A DNA stretch of 64,000 nucleotides, from assembly GCA_023261755.1 (NCBI GenBank), contig JAGDXS010000028.1, positions 13,743 to 77,742 on the forward strand. Reading direction: 5' to 3'. Source of the stretch: Thermoplasmata archaeon. GTDB lineage: Archaea; Thermoplasmatota; Thermoplasmata; Thermoplasmatales; ARK-15. The position numbers were made by a program, and so were the translations under genes. Below, one piece after another: positions 18,689 to 29,464 of the stretch (its first letter is position 1; each line of letters opens with the position of its first letter). The notes under the pieces were generated by a model, which saw nothing but the letters and a program-made list of their open reading frames with translations, was not told the DNA's origin and ran no database searches.

Positions 18689-19628
18689 AAAAGTAACCTC
18701 TTATTGTTTCACCAACATAGTCGAGTAGATTCGATACTTGGTGAAAATTAGATGTTTCAGCATGTAAATATAAAAGACATTCTCTCCTACAAGATGCCAT
18801 TTCTTTTCTTCCTTGCTCAGCCTTTTCACTCTTAAGCAATGTTTCAAGATCACTTTCAAGTAGATTGCCAATTGGCTTTCCTATCACGCTGCAAGGATAT
18901 ATCACATCGCCATTGGATTCTATAGATACGCTGAATGAATTACAGGTATAGTGACTCTCCAATGCTTTTATGAATGCATTGCTTGTGACTATTACGCCAT
19001 CATATTCTTTTTTTAAGTCCACTAAAACATCGTGCATTATTTTTCGATCGGGAGAAAAATCAGGCGTGTTATCGAAGTGTACTGCTGGCATTATTAAAAT
19101 TCTAGCACCTGCAGCATTTACCTTTTCAACCTTTTCTCTTAAGGATTGAATATCATTCTTTGTTACAACTGTTTGCACAGTAATTTTCAATCCTTGATCC
19201 ACATAATTTTTTAGTTTATCCAAAAGGAATAAATTCCCATGACCCTCATCAATTGATATGTGCAAAAAGTCAAGATATTTTGAAAATTCATTAAGAGGCG
19301 CTTTATCTAGCAATATACCATTTGTAGTCATGAACAAATAAAATGATCTATCATGAGCATGCTTAATAATATCAAGGATATCTTTTCTGAGCAATGGTTC
19401 ACCACCTTCTAAGGAAAGAACAGTTATTGTGGATTCTGAAAGCCTGTCTATTACCTTAAAAACATCCTTAGTATCCAATGGTTTCATTGGATCGCTCCAA
19501 ACATTGCAAAAAGGACATCTAAGATTGCACTGGTGCAATAATTTGTATGATCCATAAACTGGTCTTTCATAATCACTCTTAGACATTGTTTCAAAGAACC
19601 ATTTCACGGCTCTCAATTTTCTATCCAT
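18681..19628 (-). CDS. radical SAM protein with SPASM/twitch-like C-terminus, function unknown
   Basis: CNLRCPFCNVW (CxxxCxxC) and EGGEPLL motifs. The C-terminal pattern reads C-x10-NGDVIYPC...GNL...C-x3-C. Confidence 0.7.
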   Translation of the reverse strand: MDRKLRAVKWFFETMSKSDYERPVYGSYKLLHQCNLRCPFCNVWSDPMKPLDTKDVFKVIDRLSESTITVLSLEGGEPLLRKDILDIIKHAHDRSFYLFMTTNGILLDKAPLNEFSKYLDFLHISIDEGHGNLFLLDKLKNYVDQGLKITVQTVVTKNDIQSLREKVEKVNAAGARILIMPAVHFDNTPDFSPDRKIMHDVLVDLKKEYDGVIVTSNAFIKALESHYTCNSFSVSIESNGDVIYPCSVIGKPIGNLLESDLETLLKSEKAEQGRKEMASCRRECLLYLHAETSNFHQVSNLLDYVGETIRGYFFR

Positions 19629-19717
19629 TATCCTTTGTTATAACAAATGTGGTATAAATTCTTTTCATAATTATCGTGATATTTCAAAAAATATTTAATC
19701 CATTTAAACATTAAAGA

Positions 19718-22453
19718 ATGCAAATGAAAACTGAAATAGAAAAAAAATGGCAGAAATTATGGAAAGAAAATCATATTTTCGAGCCTGAAATGGATGGTAA
19801 AAAATTCTTTATTACCGTGCCATATCCATATTCAAATGGTGCATTGCACGTTGGGCATGGAAGAACTTACACCTATGGAGATATAATTGCAAGATATAAA
19901 AGAATGCAGGGTTACAATGTCCTTTTTCCAATGGCATTCCATGTTACTGGTACTCCAATCTTGACAATAGCTGATAGCATAAAAAATGGTAATAAAGATG
20001 TAATAGATCTATACAGGGATTATTTACATTTATATGAAAATGATGAATCAAAAATTGATGATTTGTTAAAAAAATTTGAAATACCAGAAAATATAGCATA
20101 TTATTTTGCAGAAAAGATACAGAAGGATTTTGAATCAATAGGTTATTCAATAGATTGGAGGAGAAAATTCAACACTGCTGAACCATATTATAATAAATTC
20201 GTTGAATGGCAGTATAAAAAGCTTTATGAAATGGGATATCTGAAGAAGGGTGATTATCCAATAACCTACAGCATAGTTGATGGTAATCCTGTCGGCGAAG
20301 ATGATATAAAGGATGGTGATACTGATAAGGTAAGCATTGTTGAATTTATAGCCATGAAATTCAAATTTGAGGATGGCCATATTCTTGCTGCAACACTAAG
20401 GCCTGAAACAATATTTGGTGTCACAAACATTTGGGTGAACCCAAGGGCTGAATATGTTAAAATAAGAATAGGCAAAGATATTTATTTCGTGAGTTCATAT
20501 GCAGCTGAAAAATTAAATTATCAAATTGGTAATGTGGAAATTATTCAAAAATACAAAGGTGATTATTTCTTAAATAAAAATGTGATTGAATTAATTAATA
20601 ATAGAACAATACCAATATTACCTGCTACTTTTGTTGATCCTGACAATGCTACGGGATTTGTAAAATCTGTACCTGCACATGCACCATACGACTATATTGC
20701 ACTTAGGGACATAAATGCAAATATAGATCCTATTCCTGTAATAAGGGTAGAGGGTTTTGGAAAAATACCAGCAGAGGAAGTATGTGAAAAGTTTGGCATT
20801 AAGGACCAGAATGATAAAAAGCTTGAAGAAGCTACGGATCTACTCTATAAAGAAGAATTTTACAAGGGAGTAATGCTTGATAACTGCGCACAGTTCTCTG
20901 GAAAAATGGTAAAAGACATTAAGGACCAGGTAAAAGATTGGTTAATTTCAAAAAATTTTGCAATAAAATTTTATGAAACATCCAGGAAGGCTGTAACAAG
21001 GTCAGGTAACAAGGTAATTGTTGCAATAGTCAAAGGTCAATGGTTCATAGATTATTCAAATTTAGAATGGAAGAAAAAAACTCATTCCCTAATAGATAGA
21101 ATGAATTTTTATCCTCAATCCTATAGGGAAAAGTTCCATGATGTTGCTGACTGGCTAAAAGAAAGACCCTGCGTAAGAAGAAGGGGTCTAGGTACACCTT
21201 TTCCTTTTGAAAATGGCTGGATCATAGAGTCTTTATCTGACAGCACAATTTATATGGCTTTTTATACAATAATCCACATAATCAGGGAAAATAATCTCAA
21301 TCCAAATGACCTTGATGAAAAATTCTTTGACTATGTTTTCCTAGGTAGAGGAAATGCAAGAAACAATATTGAAAAAGAACTTAGGGAAAATTTCCAGTAT
21401 TGGTACCCAAATGATTTGAGGGTATCATCAACCGCTCACACAAGCAACCATTTCATATTTTTCCTTTTCCATCATACTGCAATTTTCCCTGAAAAATTTC
21501 AGCCTGGAGGATTAATGATCCTTGGTATGCTGATAAGTGAAGGGGCAAAAATGTCCAAGTCCAAGGGTAATGTAATACCACTGGCAAAGATAGCAGAGAA
21601 ATATTCTGCTGATCTTTTCAGATTGTACATAATTTCAACAGCAGATTATGATACCGTCCTGGACTGGAGAGAGGCTGAGGTAAAATCGCTTGAAAAAAGG
21701 CTAGAAAAATTCAACCAAATAGTAGAGGAAACTATATCTGCAAAAGGATTGGATAAATTCAATGACATGGACCTTTATTTGATAAATAAATTCTGGATGA
21801 GATTCAATACAGCAAAAGATTTGATGGAAAATTACAAGTTCAGGGACGCAATAATAGAGATATTTTACAATTTTATGAATGATATAAAATACTATGAAAA
21901 AAGGGAGAGCGCAGAAAGGGCAAGGATGGTCCTAAAAAACATATTGCCTGAATGGTTGAAATCCTTAGCCCCTTTTATTCCGCATACATGTGAGGAATAC
22001 TGGCATATGCTCGGTAAAAACACATTCATTTCAATAGAAAAATTCCCTGATAAAAGGGAAATAGACATGAAAATTATTGATGAGGTGAATTACATAGAAA
22101 ACGTTTTAATTGACATTAAGAACATTTTAAGTGTTTCAAACATAGTTCCAAAGAAAATTTACATTTATACTGCTAGCGAGAGAACTAAAAATTTAGTAAA
22201 TATTGCAAAAAAGGACAAAAACGTTGCATTCAAGGAGGCAAAAAATAAGGATGAATTAAATATATTAAAGCAAGTAATTTCACAGAGGCTTTTCAATGAG
22301 GTCAATATAAATGAAAAGGAAACATTATTGAAAGCAAAGAGTTACATTGAAAAAGAGACAAATGCTGAAATATTAATTGATAGTGATGAAGATCCAGGAA
22401 AAAAGAGGAATTTGGCTTTGCCTGGAAAGCCATCAATATTCATTTTAAAATAA
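19718..22453 (+). CDS. leuS: leucine--tRNA ligase (archaeal type)
   Basis: The HIGH region reads ALHVGHG. Canonical KMSKSKGN is present. 911 aa. Confidence 0.9.
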   Translation: MQMKTEIEKKWQKLWKENHIFEPEMDGKKFFITVPYPYSNGALHVGHGRTYTYGDIIARYKRMQGYNVLFPMAFHVTGTPILTIADSIKNGNKDVIDLYRDYLHLYENDESKIDDLLKKFEIPENIAYYFAEKIQKDFESIGYSIDWRRKFNTAEPYYNKFVEWQYKKLYEMGYLKKGDYPITYSIVDGNPVGEDDIKDGDTDKVSIVEFIAMKFKFEDGHILAATLRPETIFGVTNIWVNPRAEYVKIRIGKDIYFVSSYAAEKLNYQIGNVEIIQKYKGDYFLNKNVIELINNRTIPILPATFVDPDNATGFVKSVPAHAPYDYIALRDINANIDPIPVIRVEGFGKIPAEEVCEKFGIKDQNDKKLEEATDLLYKEEFYKGVMLDNCAQFSGKMVKDIKDQVKDWLISKNFAIKFYETSRKAVTRSGNKVIVAIVKGQWFIDYSNLEWKKKTHSLIDRMNFYPQSYREKFHDVADWLKERPCVRRRGLGTPFPFENGWIIESLSDSTIYMAFYTIIHIIRENNLNPNDLDEKFFDYVFLGRGNARNNIEKELRENFQYWYPNDLRVSSTAHTSNHFIFFLFHHTAIFPEKFQPGGLMILGMLISEGAKMSKSKGNVIPLAKIAEKYSADLFRLYIISTADYDTVLDWREAEVKSLEKRLEKFNQIVEETISAKGLDKFNDMDLYLINKFWMRFNTAKDLMENYKFRDAIIEIFYNFMNDIKYYEKRESAERARMVLKNILPEWLKSLAPFIPHTCEEYWHMLGKNTFISIEKFPDKREIDMKIIDEVNYIENVLIDIKNILSVSNIVPKKIYIYTASERTKNLVNIAKKDKNVAFKEAKNKDELNILKQVISQRLFNEVNINEKETLLKAKSYIEKETNAEILIDSDEDPGKKRNLALPGKPSIFILK

Positions 22454-22454
22454 T

Positions 22455-23114
22455 TTAATGTTTTACTTTTTTCCAATCTTCAAGAAATCTTTCGATACCC
22501 TCATCCGTTTTTGGGTGCATGATCAATTTTTCAAGTACCTGATATGGCATGGTAACTATGTCAGCACCTATCAATGATGCTTCATAAACATGTATTGGAT
22601 GCCTCACGCTCGCTACTATAATCTCAGTTTTGAAATTATAATTATTAAATACTGTTTTTAAATCATCTACAATCTTCATGCCGTATTCACTTATGTCATC
22701 AAGCCTTCCTACAAATGGTGAAACATAAGAGGCTCCTGCCTTTGCAGCAAGCAATCCCTGATTGCTTGTAAATATCAATGTTGCATTAGTTTTTATTCCC
22801 TTCTCCTTCAGCTTTTTCATTGTCTTTAGACCTTCAGAAGTAAGAGGGACTTTAATTACAACATTATCCCCCAGCTTTGCAAGGTCTAGAGCTTCTTCAA
22901 CCATGCCTGATGAATCTAGAGATGTTACTTCCAAACTAACCGGACCGTTTACCGTTTTTAAAATTTCTAAAACAATTTCTTTAAAAGTTCCATGCGATGC
23001 TTCTTTCGCTATTAAAGTTGGATTAGTCGTGACACCATCTAAAATACCAAGATCATTCGCTTTCCTTATTTCAGAAATATTTGCCGTATCTAAAAATATC
23101 TTCATATTTTTCAC
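22455..23114 (-). CDS. tal: transaldolase / fructose-6-phosphate aldolase family (short type)
   Basis: [13 protein letters not shown]...GVTTNPTL. The true start may be ATG at 23105. Confidence 0.85.
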   Translation of the reverse strand: MKNMKIFLDTANISEIRKANDLGILDGVTTNPTLIAKEASHGTFKEIVLEILKTVNGPVSLEVTSLDSSGMVEEALDLAKLGDNVVIKVPLTSEGLKTMKKLKEKGIKTNATLIFTSNQGLLAAKAGASYVSPFVGRLDDISEYGMKIVDDLKTVFNNYNFKTEIIVASVRHPIHVYEASLIGADIVTMPYQVLEKLIMHPKTDEGIERFLEDWKKVKH

Positions 23115-24031
23115 CTTATGATTTCCATCGATTTTTTGATTATATTTTCTTTACTAATTCCATATTTTTCAAGCAGGGCCCATCCTGGACCGCTTTCTCC
23201 AAACTGGTCCATGACTCCTATCCTTTTTAATTTTGCTGTACCATGTTCTGCAATTATTTCAGCAACCCTGGATCCTAGGCCATTGTATATGGAATGCTCC
23301 TCAACTGTTATTACCTTTCCTGTGTTTTTTGCATATTTTGATACTAATTCTGAATCTATTGGCTTTAAAGTAGGCATATGAATAACTGCAGCATCTATCC
23401 CCTTTGCCTTTAGATCATTTGCTGCATCTACCGCAATACTTAATGTTATACCTGTTGATATTATTGTTAAATCATGGCCATCCTTAAATAAAATGCCTTT
23501 GCCCAATTCAAATTCATAATCATTTAGAAGTGTTGGAACCTTTTCTCTAGACAACCTAACATAAAAAGGTCCATCCATATAGGCAATTTTTTTAATTACC
23601 TTCCTAGTCTCAGGTGCATCAGCTGGTGCTATCACCCTGAAATTGGGCAGTCCTGACATAATACCAATGTCTTCAAGCATCTGATGGGTGGCACCATCCT
23701 CTCCCACGGTTAAACCTGCATGTGTAGCTACAATCTTTACATTTAAATTTGTATAGGCAATACTCTGTCTTATTATATCATAGGCTCTTCCTACTATGAA
23801 TACAGCAAATGAACTTGCGAATACTATTTTACCTGATCTTGCCAATCCAGCTGCAACCCCAACTTCATTCTGTTCCTGAATGCCCATATTGAAGAATCTT
23901 TCTTTATATTTATTTCCGAACATTATTGTATGTGTACTGGATGAAAGATCAGCATCCAGAACAACTATTTTTTCATCTTCACCAATTTCTAGGAGGGTTT
24001 CACCATAAGCTACTCTCTGGCTTTCCATCAT
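23111..24031 (-). CDS. transketolase, C-terminal (pyrimidine-binding) subunit
   Basis: Split-type transketolase with motifs [10 protein letters not shown] and [15 protein letters not shown]. Confidence 0.85.
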   Translation of the reverse strand: MMESQRVAYGETLLEIGEDEKIVVLDADLSSSTHTIMFGNKYKERFFNMGIQEQNEVGVAAGLARSGKIVFASSFAVFIVGRAYDIIRQSIAYTNLNVKIVATHAGLTVGEDGATHQMLEDIGIMSGLPNFRVIAPADAPETRKVIKKIAYMDGPFYVRLSREKVPTLLNDYEFELGKGILFKDGHDLTIISTGITLSIAVDAANDLKAKGIDAAVIHMPTLKPIDSELVSKYAKNTGKVITVEEHSIYNGLGSRVAEIIAEHGTAKLKRIGVMDQFGESGPGWALLEKYGISKENIIKKSMEIIR

Positions 24032-24879
24032 GTTGATCCCTCCTTCAAAATTTTTTCTCTTTCCGTTTCAAGCTCTTTAATTGCCTTCTCATACTGTTCC
24101 TTATTTGGAGCTTTGCCATGGAATTCGTGTGTATTCTCCATAAAAGAAACGCCTTTGCCTTTTACAGTATTTGCAACAATCATTTTAGGCTTACCATTTT
24201 TATTTTGTGAAATTTTGATTGCATTATAAATTTCCTCAATGTCATGGCCATTTATTGATTGCACTTCCCAACCAAATGCTTTAATTTTAGATTCAATATC
24301 GCCGAGAGGTAATATATTTTCAGTTGATCCATCCAATTGATATTTATTTCTATCTAAAATAGCTATCAAATTATCAAGGTTATTATGTGGAGCATTTATC
24401 ATTGCTTCCCATACAATACCTTCATCCATTTCTCCATCACCAATAAGAACATATATATTATAATCTGCCTTATCCAATTTACCTGCAATGGCCATCCCAA
24501 TTGCTGTACTGAAACCCTGTCCAAGGGATCCTGTGGTCATATCAACACCCGGTACATGGATTGTTGGATGCCCTTGTAATATTGATCCGAGCTTTCTGAA
24601 AGTAAAAAGATCATTTATGGGAAAATAACCCTTTAACGCAAGAGAGGCATAATAAGCTGCGGATGCGTGGCCTTTGCTCATAACAAACCTATCCCTTTTG
24701 CTCCATTCTGGATTTTTAGGATCCACATTCAATACCTTAAAATATAAAACAGATAGAATATCTGAAGCGGAAAGAGATCCACCCGGATGGCCAGATTGCG
24801 CATTATAAATCATTTTTATTGCTAATGTCCTTATTTCATTTGCTTTTAATTTAATTTCCTTTTGTTCCTCAATATTCAT
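24028..24879 (-). CDS. transketolase, N-terminal (TPP-binding) subunit
   Basis: SGHPGGSLS and GDGEMDEG motifs. The start was trimmed to ATG (rc 24877-24879), because the track's 35-aa extension overlaps the GNAT gene. Confidence 0.85.
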   Translation of the reverse strand: MNIEEQKEIKLKANEIRTLAIKMIYNAQSGHPGGSLSASDILSVLYFKVLNVDPKNPEWSKRDRFVMSKGHASAAYYASLALKGYFPINDLFTFRKLGSILQGHPTIHVPGVDMTTGSLGQGFSTAIGMAIAGKLDKADYNIYVLIGDGEMDEGIVWEAMINAPHNNLDNLIAILDRNKYQLDGSTENILPLGDIESKIKAFGWEVQSINGHDIEEIYNAIKISQNKNGKPKMIVANTVKGKGVSFMENTHEFHGKAPNKEQYEKAIKELETEREKILKEGST

Positions 24880-25297
24880 CAAAATCCCTCTTTGAAAAAT
24901 AATAGATGTCGCTATGCTTCTTATAACCCATATCCTGGAAAAGTGTCTGTGATGGAATATTCCATTCTTCAATGAGGACTGCAAATAAATAAATACCTCT
25001 GCTCCTAAAAAGTTCTTCAGCCTTTTTAATAAGTTCTTTGGCTATACCTTTCCTCCTGTATGCAGGATCAACAGCGAGCCTGTTGATCCAGCCTTTTCTA
25101 CCATCATCCGTAAGAAGGGCGATACCAACAAGCTTTTTACCGTCAAAGGCTCCTAAAAACATGTTTGGTTGTTTTATCATCTGTTCTGTTATTGATTTTT
25201 CACTATCCCTTCCATTTGGTTTAAACTTTAATCCAGCATTTTTCCATAGTTCCACTACTTTAGCATAATCTTCGATGGAAAGAAACCTATATTCCAT
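24869..25297 (-). CDS. GNAT family N-acetyltransferase
   Basis: RLAVDPAYRRKGIAKELI (Q/RxxGxA motif A). Confidence 0.75.
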   Translation of the reverse strand: MEYRFLSIEDYAKVVELWKNAGLKFKPNGRDSEKSITEQMIKQPNMFLGAFDGKKLVGIALLTDDGRKGWINRLAVDPAYRRKGIAKELIKKAEELFRSRGIYLFAVLIEEWNIPSQTLFQDMGYKKHSDIYYFSKRDFDEY

Positions 25298-25332
25298 AGA
25301 TGGTAAAATGGGATTTATTTCTTAAATTTTTT

Positions 25333-26544
25333 TTAAACATTTTGAATAATTTCACCATAAAGATAAAAAGTACTAAAACTATTTATTTTGGCAATGTAAA
25401 ATTCATTAAGATTGACATTCTTAACTATTACAGGTCTATATCCATCTGTTCTTGCTAAAAAATCTGTCTTACCTTTTTCTGTAACAAGAATTTTTTTCAA
25501 GGATCCCTGAAGCTCCTTATTTCTTTCAAAGCTAATTAATCTATGAATTTCAGTTAATTTCAAAGACCATTCCTTCGCTGTTTTTGATTTTACAGGCTTA
25601 AGCCTAAATGCCACTGTTCCCTCTCTTGGCGAATATCTTGTTATATTCAAAATGTCTGGTCTTATTTCATTTACCATAGAAACTGTTTTTGAGAAACTTT
25701 CTTCATTTTCTCCTGGAAAGCCTACAATCACATCCGTTGAAAATGTGTAGTGGTCAAAATTACTTTTAATTTTGTTAGCAATATACTTAAAATCTGATGA
25801 ACTATATTCTCTACCCATGCTTTCTAAAATTTTGTCATCCGCACTCTGAAACGGTATGTGAAAAAATTTGAATACCTTTTCTGACCTGAATGAATCAATT
25901 AATTCTGGCAATATTTTAATAGTATTACTTGGTTCCATCATGCCTACTCTAATTCTATATTCACCTTCAACACTTGTAAGATAATTAAGCAGTTCAGCTA
26001 AATTTGTTTTAATATCAAGGCCATAGGCTGCGGTATCCAATGCACTCAATCTAATTTCCTTATATCCTTTTTTTAAAGCGTCTTTAAATTTTTCCATTAT
26101 TTTTTCTGGGCCTTGACTTTTAATGCTTCCCCTTGCAAGTTTGGATATGCAGTATGTGCAATGTCCGGTACATCCCTGAGCTATTGGTATTGTAATTGTA
26201 TTCTCGATTAAAGGAACATTTTGAATATTTATTTCATTGTTAAATGATTTAGGTGTTATATATAAAAAATCCTTTGCCTTAATTAAATTGGGTTTTACTG
26301 CTGGCAAACATCCATAGACAAGAATTTTTTTGTTTAGTCTTGATAATTCATTTATTCTCCTAATCATATAATTTTCAGTATGTTTTATTACAATGCATGT
26401 TCCTATTATAATCAAATCAGCATTTTCTGGTGAATTCACTAATTCATTATTTTTTTCAAGCATGGATTGAACCAGTTCCAAAGTTTCAGCTTGATTTAAA
26501 GAGCATCCATATTTTTCGTAGTAAATTTTCACGCTTTTTGCCAT
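25333..26544 (-). CDS. MiaB-like radical SAM methylthiotransferase (archaeal/eukaryotic CDKAL1-type)
   Basis: N-terminal UPF0004 motif YGCSLNQAE, radical SAM motif GCTGHCTYC and a C-terminal TRAM-like end. The start was trimmed to ATG (rc 26542-26544). Confidence 0.8.
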   Translation of the reverse strand: MAKSVKIYYEKYGCSLNQAETLELVQSMLEKNNELVNSPENADLIIIGTCIVIKHTENYMIRRINELSRLNKKILVYGCLPAVKPNLIKAKDFLYITPKSFNNEINIQNVPLIENTITIPIAQGCTGHCTYCISKLARGSIKSQGPEKIMEKFKDALKKGYKEIRLSALDTAAYGLDIKTNLAELLNYLTSVEGEYRIRVGMMEPSNTIKILPELIDSFRSEKVFKFFHIPFQSADDKILESMGREYSSSDFKYIANKIKSNFDHYTFSTDVIVGFPGENEESFSKTVSMVNEIRPDILNITRYSPREGTVAFRLKPVKSKTAKEWSLKLTEIHRLISFERNKELQGSLKKILVTEKGKTDFLARTDGYRPVIVKNVNLNEFYIAKINSFSTFYLYGEIIQNV

Positions 26545-26619
26545 GATTACAAATTTAAAAATATTTCTGTGATAATGTTTATCTATATATATTGATTTTC
26601 CCAAATAAGGTGACCTTCC

Positions 26620-27948
26620 ATGGATGATAAAAGTGAAATGATGCAATTTTTAGGTATAAATAGTTTAGATGATCTTTTTAAGGATATTCCTGAAGAAGTT
26701 AAAATAGATAAATTGAACATTCCAGAGGGTATTGATGAACAAACTCTTAGAACAGAGGCAAGAAATATTTTAGCAAAGAATAAATCATTTTTCGATATGC
26801 CAAGCTTCTTGGGTGCCGGCGTTTATAATCATTACATACCTGCAGGTGTTTATGCTATAGCTTCAAGGTCTGAATTTTATACTGCCTACACACCATACCA
26901 GCCTGAAATATCACAGGGGATGCTTCAAACTCTGTTTGAATATCAGAGCTACATCGCTGAATTAACTGGTCTTGATGCAGCCAACGCATCTATGTATGAT
27001 CATTCTACAGCCCTTGGTGAAGCAGCTAGAATGGCCCATAGCATAAATGAAAAAATGGAAATTTTAATACCAAAAAATTTACAGTGGCAAAAAAAGAGTG
27101 TTCTATGGAATTATATAAAAGGATTAGGCATGAAAATTATTGAATACGATTATGACAAAAAAACCGGAAAAATTGATCTTGAGGATCTTAAAAATAAAAT
27201 AAATAATAATACGGCAGCTGTTTATGCAGAAAATCCAAATTTCTTTGGTGTTATTGATGAAAATGTCCTAAAAATAAGAGAACTGGGTAAATTCATATTC
27301 ATCGCTGGAATAAATCCAATATCACTTGGAATTTTAAAATCACCGGGGGACTATGGAGCAGATATCGCAATAGGTGAAGGTCAGATAATAGGAAATCCAA
27401 TGAACTTCGGAGGGCCTTTGCTTGGAATTTTTGCAACAAAAATGGAATATGTGAGAAAAATGCCTGGCAGAATTATAGGTATGTCTAAAGATAGGAATGG
27501 CAAAAGGGCATTTGTTATGACACTTCAAACAAGAGAGCAGCATATTAGGAGAGCAAGGGCAACAAGTAACATTTGTTCCAATGAAGCCTTATGTGCTGTA
27601 TTTTCAGCATCCTATCTATCATTCCTAGGTAAATCAGGTTTAAGAAGGCTTGCAGAAATAAACATGCAAAGGGCAAATGATGTCAGGGAGAAAATTTTAA
27701 GCATAAATGGATTTAAGAATGCACATGAGTCATTACATTTCAATGAATTTGCAATCATATTACCTAAGAGCGAAATTGACATACATAAACATCTTCTTTC
27801 AAGAAATGTTCATGGTGGATATTTATTAAACACCTGGAACAAAAATGCATTTCCAGAGCTTGGAAATGCCATGCTTTTCAATGTAACTGAAGTACATTCA
27901 GATAAGGATGTGGAAAAATTATTGAATGCATTGAAGGAGGTGCAATGA
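26620..27948 (+). CDS. gcvPA: glycine dehydrogenase (decarboxylating) subunit 1
   Basis: FLGAGVYNHYIP and YTPYQPEISQG motifs. Confidence 0.9.
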   Translation: MDDKSEMMQFLGINSLDDLFKDIPEEVKIDKLNIPEGIDEQTLRTEARNILAKNKSFFDMPSFLGAGVYNHYIPAGVYAIASRSEFYTAYTPYQPEISQGMLQTLFEYQSYIAELTGLDAANASMYDHSTALGEAARMAHSINEKMEILIPKNLQWQKKSVLWNYIKGLGMKIIEYDYDKKTGKIDLEDLKNKINNNTAAVYAENPNFFGVIDENVLKIRELGKFIFIAGINPISLGILKSPGDYGADIAIGEGQIIGNPMNFGGPLLGIFATKMEYVRKMPGRIIGMSKDRNGKRAFVMTLQTREQHIRRARATSNICSNEALCAVFSASYLSFLGKSGLRRLAEINMQRANDVREKILSINGFKNAHESLHFNEFAIILPKSEIDIHKHLLSRNVHGGYLLNTWNKNAFPELGNAMLFNVTEVHSDKDVEKLLNALKEVQ

Positions 27949-29408
27949 TTATGTTTCATCAGGCAGTATGGGATGAAAAATTAATTATAGAAAAATCTGG
28001 AAAACGGACTTTGAAATTACCATTTGAAAATGTTGAATTTAAAATGAAAATTCCTGAAGATCTTGCAAGAAAAGATCTTAATATAAATGACAATGAGGAA
28101 TATGAGGTAATAAGGCATTATGTCAGGTTATCCCAAATGAACTATGGTGTAGATCTTAATACCTATCCTTTAGGTTCATGCACAATGAAATATAATCCAA
28201 AAATCTCTGAAGAGATAGTTTCAATGGATCAGGTTAAGTACATTCATCCATTGCAGGATGAATCAACTGTACAGGGATCGCTTCAAATAATGTATGAATT
28301 GCAGGAATTCCTTAAGGAGATTGGTGGAATGGATGCAGTAACTCTTCAACCTGTAGCTGGAGCTGATGGTGAATTTACTGGTTTGCTTCTTGTAAGGGCT
28401 TACCATGAAAACAGAATGGATTTCAAAAGAACTGAAATAATTGTGCCAGATTCAGCTCATGGTACTAATCCAGCAAGCTCTACAATGGCAGGTTTTACTA
28501 CAATAGAAATAAAATCAAATGAGAATGGAATGGTTGACTTAGACGCACTTGAAGCTGCTTTGTCAGATAAGACAGCAGCTTTCATGATCACAAATCCTAA
28601 CACTCTTGGCATTTTTGAGGAAAATATTTTAAAGATTGCAAAAATGGTCCATGAGAAAGGTGCTTTATTATACTACGATGGCGCAAACTTAAATGGAATT
28701 ATGGGTAAAACTACACCTGGAAAGATGGGTTTTGATATAGTGCATTTCAACCTTCACAAAACATTTGCCACGCCACATGGAGGCGGTGGCCCAGGAGCAG
28801 GGCCTGTGGGTGTTAAGAAAAAATTGGAAGAATTTTTACCTGTGCCCGTAATAGGATTTGATGGTAAAAAATACTTCTTTGATTATAACATAAAGAATTC
28901 AATTGGAAAAATAACTGGCTTCTATGGAAACTTTGCTGTACTTGTTAGGGCCTGGGCATATATAAAGCTAAAAGGTGGAAGTGGCTTGAAGGAAGTTACT
29001 GAAATGGCAGTGCTTAATACAAATTATTTAAGAAAAAAGCTTCAGGGATATTACGATCTTCCATATAAGGAATTAAGGAAGCATGAAGTCGTTTTCAGTG
29101 GAACAAATTTCAAGCAGTACGGCATAAAGACCTTGGACATAGCAAAGAGAATGCTGGATTATGGTTTACATGCACCAACCATATATTTCCCATTGATTGT
29201 TGAGGAAGCACTAATGATGGAACCTACGGAAACGGAATCAAAAGAAAACCTTGATAAATTTGCTGAAATTATGATAAGAATAGCATCAGAAGCAAAAGAG
29301 AATCCTGAACTTTTAAAAAATGCACCTCAAAATACGGCTGTTGGAAAGATAGACGAAGTTGAAGCAGCTAGGAACCCTGTTCTCTCATGGAAAATGATTA
29401 AAAAATAA
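27945..29408 (+). CDS. gcvPB: glycine dehydrogenase (decarboxylating) subunit 2
   Basis: PLGSCTMKYNP and the PLP-lysine region NLHKTF. It overlaps gcvPA through ATGA. Confidence 0.9.
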   Translation: MIMFHQAVWDEKLIIEKSGKRTLKLPFENVEFKMKIPEDLARKDLNINDNEEYEVIRHYVRLSQMNYGVDLNTYPLGSCTMKYNPKISEEIVSMDQVKYIHPLQDESTVQGSLQIMYELQEFLKEIGGMDAVTLQPVAGADGEFTGLLLVRAYHENRMDFKRTEIIVPDSAHGTNPASSTMAGFTTIEIKSNENGMVDLDALEAALSDKTAAFMITNPNTLGIFEENILKIAKMVHEKGALLYYDGANLNGIMGKTTPGKMGFDIVHFNLHKTFATPHGGGGPGAGPVGVKKKLEEFLPVPVIGFDGKKYFFDYNIKNSIGKITGFYGNFAVLVRAWAYIKLKGGSGLKEVTEMAVLNTNYLRKKLQGYYDLPYKELRKHEVVFSGTNFKQYGIKTLDIAKRMLDYGLHAPTIYFPLIVEEALMMEPTETESKENLDKFAEIMIRIASEAKENPELLKNAPQNTAVGKIDEVEAARNPVLSWKMIKK

Positions 29409-29410
29409 TC

Positions 29411-29424
29411 TTTTTTTCTTTTTT
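29411..29424 (+). terminator. oligo-T tract, candidate archaeal terminator after gcvPB
   Basis: TTTTTTTCTTTTTT begins 3 nt after the stop codon. Confidence 0.4.
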
Positions 29425-29464
29425 GAAAGAATAATATACGTGTATTTTATATACTTAAAGAGTC

